Shown in pieces: positions 38,584 to 45,790 of a DNA stretch of 64,000 bases. Location of the stretch: the NCBI GenBank assembly GCA_964515005.1, contig CAZEVT010000002.1, positions 28,968 to 92,967 on the forward strand, written 5' to 3'. The stretch comes from an uncultured Gammaproteobacteria bacterium. GTDB taxonomy: Bacteria > Patescibacteriota > Microgenomatia > UBA10105 > UBA927. Each line of letters opens with the position of its first letter. Position 1 is the stretch's first letter. The position numbers were made by a program, and so were the translations under genes. Under the pieces are notes generated by a model. That model was not told the origin of the DNA and searched no databases. It was given only the letters and a program-made list of their open reading frames with translations.

Positions 38584-39475
38584 CCGCACTATCCCCCATC
38601 CGGACGATGAGATCTGCACGTCCCGACTCGGTTGCTACTAATTCTTTGCACCCGAGTATAGCGGTCGTCACCTTCGCGCTCACGCTTTTGAGCGTTTCTT
38701 CAGATCCCGCAATTTCACACGCATCTATATCCGCGTTTTCATTTCCCACTGCCACGACGGAAACGCCTACATGCGAAAGCAGGCGTGCGGTGCGCTCACC
38801 CAAAGAGGGCATATCCGTCGTATTGTACAGCGCTACCGTCACCCCCTCACGGCGAACCCGCGCGTCTTCAAAGATTCCTTTGAGTTGTAAGTCTATGGCA
38901 GGCATATCAATCACCCACTGCTTGGTCCCGTCCGGAAGGATAGTGTCACGCGCGACCGATTGTGGCTGACGGGAGAAATCATAGGTATTGACCCGGTCGG
39001 GTTTCGTTACTTGCAGGAGCCAGGTAAATCCAAGAAATGTACGAAGAGATATATTCGTCCGGTACTGTCTTCCAATGTAAGAAAAGATATTTCGCAGTGA
39101 AAAAATCTCTTTTGCCAACGACGGTGCATCGGACGAGCCCGTAAATACTCCGGAGACCGGTCCTATATACCACTCAACCGGTATCCCTATGGCCTCGGTG
39201 AGACTTTCCGAGAGTACTGTACCGTCTTTTTTATCAATCTCGCCCAGGCGCCAAAATGCATCGAGCGAATACTCCCCGTACCCGTGCGTCCCCTCGGCAA
39301 CGACGTCAGAAGGCAAACTCACGAGCGTAAGCGTCCGGTCCGTGGGATCCCAGGAAAAAATGATCATGGGAGAACCTGCCAAAACTACCGATTGTCTGGC
39401 ATATGGACCCTGCCGTGGAAAAAAGATCCATGTGGCCAGGATTGCCAAAAGAAGGATGAGCGCGAACTTTCCCAT
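38558..39475 (-). CDS. LCP-family (LytR-CpsA-Psr) protein with a LytR_C domain
   Basis: Transmembrane anchor, an LCP core (RTLTLVSLPSDVVAEGTHGYGEYSLDAFWRLG), and a C-terminal TVALYNTTDMPSLGERTARLL...VAVGN that is LytR_C-like. Confidence 0.5.
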   Translation of the reverse strand: MGKFALILLLAILATWIFFPRQGPYARQSVVLAGSPMIIFSWDPTDRTLTLVSLPSDVVAEGTHGYGEYSLDAFWRLGEIDKKDGTVLSESLTEAIGIPVEWYIGPVSGVFTGSSDAPSLAKEIFSLRNIFSYIGRQYRTNISLRTFLGFTWLLQVTKPDRVNTYDFSRQPQSVARDTILPDGTKQWVIDMPAIDLQLKGIFEDARVRREGVTVALYNTTDMPSLGERTARLLSHVGVSVVAVGNENADIDACEIAGSEETLKSVSAKVTTAILGCKELVATESGRADLIVRMGDSAVKRFQPLH

Positions 39476-39477
39476 TT

Positions 39478-39627
39478 ACCAATCTTTTTTGCCCTTTTTG
39501 ATAATCGTAACCTGCGGCAGCTGCCAGCCCATACCGCTGCCCATTTGTTTCTGCGCTTTTTTTTCAAGCTCGGTCTTTTTGAATTTTTTCTTTTCGCCTT
39601 TGTAAAACCCGCTGTTTGATGCCATAA
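39478..39627 (-). CDS. Small basic protein (49 aa), absent from the ORF track
   Basis: MASNSGFYKGEKKKFKKTELEKKAQKQMGSGMGWQLPQVTIIKKGKKDW. A perfect Shine-Dalgarno AAGGAGGTG sits 6 nt upstream, and the stop abuts the LCP gene start. Confidence 0.4.
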
Positions 39628-39646
39628 TTCCACCTCCTTTTCTATT

Positions 39647-40728
39647 CTATAGCCACGAGCGCTTAAGTTCAAGGAACCGGTTTTTCTTAATGGACGTACG
39701 AATATCTTCCATGAGGCGCTCCATAACATGGAGATTGTGGATCGTGGCTAAGCGGTACGAAAGGAGCTCTTTCACGCGAAACAGATGGTGGACGTAGGCC
39801 CGGGTGAAATGCACGCATGTGTAACAAGCGCATCCCCTTTCTATTGGCCCGAAATCCTTTGCAAACTTCGATTTAGTAATATCTATCTGCTTGTTTTTCA
39901 CATACAGCATCCCAACGCGTGCGAGTCTCGTAGGCTGTACGCAGTCAAACGTATCCATGCCGGCTTCAACGAGCGTGAAAATATCATCAATCTCCCCACT
40001 CCCAAAAGATGACGGGGTTTGTTTTGAGGAAGAAACGGTACGACCCACTCCAAAACTTTTGCCATTTCTTTTTTGCTTTCTCCCACTGACACGCCGCCAA
40101 TTGCCAATCCATCAAAATCCATGGAACCAATAAACTTGGCCGACTCCTGCCGTAAATCTTTGTACACACTCCCTTGAATTGAACCATACAGCGCCCCCTT
40201 TTTATGAGCTGCCAAACTGCGTTTTGCCCATCTATGGGTTCTGTCTAAAGATTGTCGTGCTTTTTCGTGCGTCACCGGATACGGTGTGCAATCGTCAAAT
40301 GCAATGTGGATATCCGCGCCTAACTCTTCCTGCCATTGCATACTTTTTTCCGGGGTAAACACATGCTTACTGCCATCCCAGTGGGATTTAAATTCCACTC
40401 CCTCATCCGTAATTTTTGCGCCCAAAGAAAATATCTGGAATCCTCCACTGTCGGTCATGAGCGGCCCGTTCCAGTTCATAAATTTGTGGAGTCCTCCTGC
40501 TTTCTTCACCACCGCGATCCCCGGCCGCAAATACATGTGATACGTGTTGACGAAATACAATTGAACACCAATGATGTTCAACTCTTCAGGTATGAGGCTT
40601 TTGACCGTCGCCTGCGTGCCGCACGGCACAAACGCCGGGGTCCCAATTGTGCCATGCGCCGTCCTTATCTTCCCTACTCGAGCGCGGGTATTTTTATCTT
40701 GATGAAGAACTTTAAATGCAAATGGCAT
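39647..40728 (-). pseudogene. tgt: Queuine tRNA-ribosyltransferase (tgt) split by a +/-1 frameshift
   Basis: ORF 39898..40728 carries the TGT N-terminus and core up to LPQNKPRHLLGVG. ORF 39647..40048, in another frame, carries DIFTLVEAGMDTFDCVQPTRLARVG and the CxCxxC zinc site. The frames switch near homopolymers at about 39990. Confidence 0.75.
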
Positions 40729-40730
40729 TG

Positions 40731-42284
40731 CTATATTTTATACGGTTGGGCAGAATATAGCCACGTGCGTAAATTTGCCAAAGGCCCATCTATTTCCTTT
40801 TTTTGGTTTTTCCTATACGCTCCCAGCAAACGCAAAAGCTGTTGGCTTCCTAACTGTTCTGGTTTTTGTATGCTATAAAAGTCATGCGAATTCCTCGCAT
40901 GCCATGATGGAAATTGTAAACAAAACATCGTTATTGCGGTATCTACTTGATCCGGTTTAGAAAATGAAAAGGCCGGTCCGTATACCATATATCCGTATCC
41001 ATAGATGAGTCGTCGTAATCCCGGTTCAAGCGCATCCATAATTCCCATCGGAATTGCCATACGAAGAAATAGCTCTGAATCGTAATCATTCAATCTCATA
41101 AAAAGCCGTATTATTTCGGAATTTAAAAAATTATTTTTCCGTCCAAATACTGCTACTTCTGTTTTTTTATCACGCAAAAGAACAAGCAATTCTTTCCGAT
41201 AGCGCACCCACCAATCGCCATATAATAGATTGTCACTATATCTCCCGAGATGTTGCGTTTTTTCCGCAATCGCACGGAGTCCGGCATGAAGCGCTTCTTC
41301 AATAGTGCGATAATTTGGCTCCTCAATTACTTCCGGATGTTCAAAAGCAGCACGCATATCGATATATTTTTTGCTTGGCAACACCATCCATTGTTGGGAA
41401 CGGATTGATGTACCATCAAAAAGCCTACTATACCCTTCCTCAGCTTCTGAGTAGATATATAGTGGTACAAGCGTATTCATTGATCTAGGCATCTGTGGAC
41501 CAATGCGCAAATCCCGTTCATAGTTAGTTACGTGAATCGTAATATCCGGCAATTTAGGATCCGCTTTCTCACGTACATCGCTTAATCGCACTTCCAAAGC
41601 GGTAAGGTGCGCATAGCGCACAAATCGTACCGTCACCACGCTGACGGGTTTACCCCATTTCGTTTTTTGTTCCATCACCCCTTTAAACACCACATCTTTT
41701 TCATCCGGTTTAATACGCATTCGCCTAAACGTATCTCCTTTTAATAAGTGCAGAAAGTTTGGCAGTAATCGATCTTCAACAAATTTATCGAATGGTTCAC
41801 CGAGTGGAAATTTTCTGTCAATATCCATCATATCGGGTAAATCTCCGTACATGCGCTTATGAAGCGCCGCAACTGCTGCATAATTATCCGGTCGAGAAAT
41901 GGCACTTCGAAAACTACCACCAAATCCAAACCCTAAAAAACTTAAGTGTTTCGCATCAAGTAGCGGCGTCTCAAAACGCTTAAGAAGGTCGGCGTCCCAT
42001 ATAGGATTAGATTGCAGTAGTGCAATATCAAGAAGCGTATTCAGAAACAACGCATCGTCGACCATGTGATGGAACTCTTGAGTGCCATATCGCCAATCAA
42101 CGGCACTTGCTGTATCTATCAGAAACCCTTTTAGTCCATTCTCAAGTGGAGCATAAACATAGCCGTCGTCGATTTCAGAAAATGGGAGTTTGTCACCGGA
42201 CAAAATTGACTGAGCAGCTACCTCGCTACCCAACCATTGAGCGACGGGCTCATTTGCACTGATGCCAATTTCAGGAGTTGTCAT
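40731..42284 (-). CDS. Large hypothetical protein (517 aa from the internal start)
   Basis: No recognisable motifs; AT-rich. Start moved to MTTPEIGIS (42284) to avoid a 166-nt overlap with the upstream regulator. Confidence 0.45.
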   Translation of the reverse strand: MTTPEIGISANEPVAQWLGSEVAAQSILSGDKLPFSEIDDGYVYAPLENGLKGFLIDTASAVDWRYGTQEFHHMVDDALFLNTLLDIALLQSNPIWDADLLKRFETPLLDAKHLSFLGFGFGGSFRSAISRPDNYAAVAALHKRMYGDLPDMMDIDRKFPLGEPFDKFVEDRLLPNFLHLLKGDTFRRMRIKPDEKDVVFKGVMEQKTKWGKPVSVVTVRFVRYAHLTALEVRLSDVREKADPKLPDITIHVTNYERDLRIGPQMPRSMNTLVPLYIYSEAEEGYSRLFDGTSIRSQQWMVLPSKKYIDMRAAFEHPEVIEEPNYRTIEEALHAGLRAIAEKTQHLGRYSDNLLYGDWWVRYRKELLVLLRDKKTEVAVFGRKNNFLNSEIIRLFMRLNDYDSELFLRMAIPMGIMDALEPGLRRLIYGYGYMVYGPAFSFSKPDQVDTAITMFCLQFPSWHARNSHDFYSIQKPEQLGSQQLLRLLGAYRKNQKKEIDGPLANLRTWLYSAQPYKI

Positions 42285-43452
42285 ACCGAAATCCCTTTCC
42301 CTTGACGGCTTGAATAATCGATTTATTGAAATTGAGCTCGACACATTTTTTGCGAACGCGGGAAATAAGCTGATCGATCGCCCAATCTGAATAGGAATTC
42401 TCCCAATTATCTTTCCAAACGGCTTTTGCAATTTCATCGCGGGTCACAATGTGGCCCGCCCGCTGGACAAAAAGCCGCAAAACGTACTGTTCCTGCGAAG
42501 ACAGAATTGTATCTATTGGGACATCTCCGAGGACCAACCTATCCCCTGATATTTCTATACGTTTATTTGGTTTTCGAAGCGATTCTACATATTCTGCAAG
42601 AAGAGGTATCGTGAGGTATAATCGATGACCTCGAGCTTCCAGCCATCTAGTCTGTTTCAAAAACTCGATACTGATTGCTTCGTCCGGCGTAAAATCGTTC
42701 GCGCCCACGACAACTTTCAGTATCGCTGTTTGTTCCGACCGCAACAATCCATCATATATGCTTTTTAGCTTTATCTGCATCATCGGGTGATGTAATATAT
42801 CTTGAACATTCGTAGATCCGGTATCCCGAACAAAACGCACCGCTTGCTTAAGGGGCGTAAAATGGCATGTTGCCGTTCGCACGACTTCTCTCAGAATTTT
42901 TTCGCTCATGGATACCTTCCACGCGCGGGTCCAATGGTACAAAAAATACGCGCTCGAGGCTTTGTCGTGAAGGGGCATTATAACGGTATTTTGAATAAAA
43001 GTAGAGGTATAGGTAAGTATGGAACTTACCGTCGGGTGAAGAAAATTTATATTGAAAAATAAAACGTATGAAATGGTCGGATTTTTCGCCTGACGTTTCC
43101 GTAAGTAATGGAAAAACGATTCAGACTTGCCCACAAGCAAACGGTCTATGCCACAAATCCAGTAAATAGGCGCGTTTGTGTTCTCTTCATGTTTTTGAAA
43201 TTCTTTTTCAAGAACATCGGGGTCTTCCAGGTTTCCTGTATCGATATCGATAATAATGGGGACATTTCCGCGAAAATGCGTCGTAATAAGATCGGGTCGT
43301 TTACAAAGCGCTTCATGACGCCGAAGCACTTCTCCTTTATGGTAGATATACACACTTCCCGATTCCTGAAACTTGGAAATATGACTCCATGAAAAAAGCA
43401 AATCCCGAAACTCTTCTTCTGAATACGCGTCTGCATATAACGCTTGTTTCAT
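42271..43452 (-). CDS. Transcriptional regulator with a C-terminal OmpR/PhoB-type winged helix and an unknown ~290-aa N-terminal domain
   Basis: C-terminus SQEQYVLRLFVQRAGHIVTRDEIAKAVWKDNWENSYSDWAIDQLISRVRKK...GKGFRY fits the trans_reg_C pattern. No receiver-domain motifs (no Asp pocket) upstream. Confidence 0.55.
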   Translation of the reverse strand: MKQALYADAYSEEEFRDLLFSWSHISKFQESGSVYIYHKGEVLRRHEALCKRPDLITTHFRGNVPIIIDIDTGNLEDPDVLEKEFQKHEENTNAPIYWICGIDRLLVGKSESFFHYLRKRQAKNPTISYVLFFNINFLHPTVSSILTYTSTFIQNTVIMPLHDKASSAYFLYHWTRAWKVSMSEKILREVVRTATCHFTPLKQAVRFVRDTGSTNVQDILHHPMMQIKLKSIYDGLLRSEQTAILKVVVGANDFTPDEAISIEFLKQTRWLEARGHRLYLTIPLLAEYVESLRKPNKRIEISGDRLVLGDVPIDTILSSQEQYVLRLFVQRAGHIVTRDEIAKAVWKDNWENSYSDWAIDQLISRVRKKCVELNFNKSIIQAVKGKGFRYDNS

Positions 43453-43488
43453 ACGGATATTGGGCAGGAACGGAAGTATATCATATTG

Positions 43489-43503
43489 TTGTCAAATTGA
43501 CAA
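43489..43503. promoter_or_regulatory. Perfect 7-1-7 palindrome TTGTCAAATTGACAA in the divergent intergenic region (candidate operator)
   Basis: Lies between the regulator start (43452) and the plus-strand gene at 43584. Confidence 0.4.
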
Positions 43504-43583
43504 TATTTCATCAGAATCCCCCATCAAGCATCGAAAGGATACAAAGTATATAAAACAACAACAAATTATCGAAGGAGGCAATT

Positions 43584-43967
43584 ATGACAAGAGATACCGA
43601 GCCAAAGTCAATAAGTCCGGAAAAAGCAATTATAGAAGTTGTCGTACAAGGGGCTATGCGATATGGAATTGGGCCAACTCAGGCAGGCGAATACCTGCAG
43701 GAACTAGCAGGAATTCTGACACCAATTTCAGAAAATCAAAGAATCGACGAGTTAACAAAACTGATAGACCCTAACATTCCGAACAGAAGTTTAATCAAAA
43801 AAATTGCTGAGAGTGGATGGCGGCTTCATATTGACCCTATCAAGCTATTTCAATTTAATATGGATTTCGTCACTGTTGTTCTTGCGTTACCCGAAGAAAT
43901 GCGATCGCAAGCCATTGATCCGGATTTTCTAAACGGCATTGCCGGACATCTCAAAGGCAAGATGTAA
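43584..43967 (+). CDS. Hypothetical protein
   Basis: 127 aa, no recognisable motifs. Its stop abuts the following sigma region-4 gene. Confidence 0.35.
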   Translation: MTRDTEPKSISPEKAIIEVVVQGAMRYGIGPTQAGEYLQELAGILTPISENQRIDELTKLIDPNIPNRSLIKKIAESGWRLHIDPIKLFQFNMDFVTVVLALPEEMRSQAIDPDFLNGIAGHLKGKM

Positions 43968-43968
43968 T

Positions 43969-44241
43969 ATGGCAAAAGTTTCCCCGGAAGACACGGAGGC
44001 AATGGCATTACGAAATGTGATGACGCCGAAGTTGCGCGAAGACTTGGACCGGGCATTAAGCACATTATCCGAAAGGCGAAGAGAAATATTTCTGGCGCAT
44101 TTTTTGGATGGTGCTACCTATGCTGATTTGAGCCTGCACTATGGAGTAACAGAAAAAAGAATTGGTGCAATTATCAACAATACTCGCAATAATTTACGAG
44201 GCGTCACTAGTCTCAGGCAATATTTGGATATGATTCCGTGA
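43969..44241 (+). CDS. Sigma-70 region-4-like helix-turn-helix protein (stand-alone)
   Basis: LSERRREIFLAHFLDGATYADLSLHYGVTEKRIGAIINNTRNNLR is the sigma70_r4_2 pattern. Start placed at MAKVSPED. Confidence 0.45.
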   Translation: MAKVSPEDTEAMALRNVMTPKLREDLDRALSTLSERRREIFLAHFLDGATYADLSLHYGVTEKRIGAIINNTRNNLRGVTSLRQYLDMIP

Positions 44242-44279
44242 CTCTCTTAAGGTGCCTTCAAGGACTCTCCTCGTAGGCC

Positions 44280-44711
44280 TTACCCGGCCCCGTGTTCGAT
44301 CCGCTCAATCAGTTCCTTTGGCGAAACAATGCGAAACATGCGGATTTTGCCCCGAAGAGCTAACAGGTGTTTCTTATCCAGGGTCACGAGGAAATCTGCG
44401 CGATATTCTTTCGCCGATGCGAGTACATGCGCATCGCCGACATCAACGACCACTGCTTCAAATCCTCGTACAATACTGACCGGCGGTGCGGGAACAACGG
44501 TAAACAATTTTGTGAGTGTGCGGATAGATGTAGCGGGAATACTCAACTTCGCGCGGTGGCGCATAATTTCATCCAGAATGATTTCACTCACGAATCCCTG
44601 TACATTCCCTTTCCGGATCCATCCCAGCAGTTTCCCTGAACCTCCGGACGGTGATGCAAAACCCGAAAGAACAACGGAAGCATTAAACAGTATTCGTGGT
44701 TTTGCGCGCAT
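44280..44711 (-). CDS. PIN-domain toxin (VapC-like)
   Basis: MRAKPRILFNASVVLSG at the N-terminus (an Asn takes the place of the usual first acidic residue; LDEIMRH and VVDVGDAHV follow), the conserved acidic positions, and C-terminal ADFLVTLDKKHLL. C-terminal tail IERIEHGAG. Confidence 0.55.
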   Translation of the reverse strand: MRAKPRILFNASVVLSGFASPSGGSGKLLGWIRKGNVQGFVSEIILDEIMRHRAKLSIPATSIRTLTKLFTVVPAPPVSIVRGFEAVVVDVGDAHVLASAKEYRADFLVTLDKKHLLALRGKIRMFRIVSPKELIERIEHGAG

Positions 44712-44916
44712 GCAACTCCTTGCTTTCTTTTTTATCCAGCTCAATGAACTCACGGAGCTCCGCATCTGTATACGATCGGACGGGATATGCCAGAGTCCGC
44801 ACCGGCTCGATCGTCAGTCTCCCACGATCAGTACGCACGCGCACCAGATCATTTTCCGAAATACCGACACGCTCGCGGAGTTTTTTTGGAATAGTAACCA
44901 GCCCCTTCGGCTGCAT
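44683..44916 (-). CDS. AbrB/MazE/SpoVT-type antitoxin
   Basis: KGLVTIPKKLRERVGISENDLVRVRTDRGRLTIEPV is the swapped-hairpin barrel motif. Overlaps the PIN gene start. Confidence 0.5.
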   Translation of the reverse strand: MQPKGLVTIPKKLRERVGISENDLVRVRTDRGRLTIEPVRTLAYPVRSYTDAELREFIELDKKESKELHARKTTNTV

Positions 44917-45008
44917 TTTTACAATATCTTCAAGTGGAAGTAGTTGCATAAGTTGGAATTTCTACCTTTCTATATTTCCATATTATACTATTTTTAACAA
45001 CGTGTCAA

Positions 45009-45056
45009 CTATCCCGCGCCGTGTTCGATTTTGAGCCGTGAGATTTTGCCGGCAAT
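45009..45056 (-). repeat. Orphan copy of the C-terminal tail cassette (IAGKISRLKIEHGAG*), in frame after the TAA stop of the upstream gene
   Basis: The sequence cccgcgccgtgttcgattttgagccgtgagattttgccggc is about 93% identical to 45794..45835, which is the coding 3' end of the kefB-like gene. Confidence 0.6.
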
Positions 45057-45674
45057 TTAATATTCTTTTGTTGCAATAACCTGCGAGAGAAGGTTTGCTA
45101 CATCAAGCTTCTTTGCCTGACCCAAAAGATATTTCTCATCCAGTTTACCTTTTTGCACCAGCCACATTCCCACACAGTCACGCATATGACGTTCGCTGGG
45201 CACTTCTTTACACCATGACAGTTTCGTAAGAATCAAGTCTTCCGGGGATAACAGAGGAATTGTTGTGTCTATGATGCGAATAGCACGGCGGCGTTGCCAT
45301 TTCCTGTCAAACTCCGTACTTGTCACTAACCATAAATCTATTTTTACCCCGACATATGTGTGATACAGACTATAGAAGCTGATATTTGGATCGTGAAGCT
45401 GAATTGTATCCTGCAGATATATACGAGGAAGTGCAGTAAGCGCTCGCATAAGCCTTTCTTTTGCATTCCTCGAAATTTCCAACACAAAATCAATGTCATG
45501 CGTAGCCCGGGGATATCCGTAAAACGCAACGGCAAGACTCCCAGTGAGAAGATAAGGAATGGTAAATGTCTGGAAAAGACGCGCAAAGGTAACAAGAATG
45601 TCTTGCTGGCCGTGTTCAATTTTGTTTTGGAGATTTTTTTTGCCCATGATATGTTTCCCTATCCTGCTTCCCAA
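45057..45674 (-). CDS. AbiEii/DUF1814-like nucleotidyltransferase-fold protein
   Basis: LLTGSLAVAFYGYPRATHDIDFVLE matches the NTase G[ST]x9-13[DE]h[DE]h motif. About 200 aa; the start may be the internal Met at 45647. Confidence 0.4.
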   Translation of the reverse strand: MGSRIGKHIMGKKNLQNKIEHGQQDILVTFARLFQTFTIPYLLTGSLAVAFYGYPRATHDIDFVLEISRNAKERLMRALTALPRIYLQDTIQLHDPNISFYSLYHTYVGVKIDLWLVTSTEFDRKWQRRRAIRIIDTTIPLLSPEDLILTKLSWCKEVPSERHMRDCVGMWLVQKGKLDEKYLLGQAKKLDVANLLSQVIATKEY

Positions 45675-45768
45675 GTCGGGCTAGTTCTCGTACAAAATCA
45701 GACAGTTTGAGAGCCTGTATCAGCCGTTTTTCGCCGGAAAGTTTACGAAGCACCGTCGTTTGATCCAT
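45616..45768 (-). CDS. Small ORF (50 aa) overlapping the start of the nucleotidyltransferase-like gene; possible truncated antitoxin partner
   Basis: MDQTTVLRKLSGEKRLIQALKLSDFVRELARLGKQ... A TATAAT box sits 7 nt upstream of the ATG, suggesting a leaderless transcript. Confidence 0.3.
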   Translation of the reverse strand: MDQTTVLRKLSGEKRLIQALKLSDFVRELARLGKQDRETYHGQKKSPKQN

Positions 45769-45790
45769 GAAAAGTATTATACCACGACAA

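Noticed and set aside
43584-43967. Possible sigma-factor regions 2 and 3 encoded upstream of the region-4 protein, making a split sigma factor
   Set aside because: The 127-aa product shows no region-2 motifs (no -10 recognition helix pattern). The two are treated as separate proteins.
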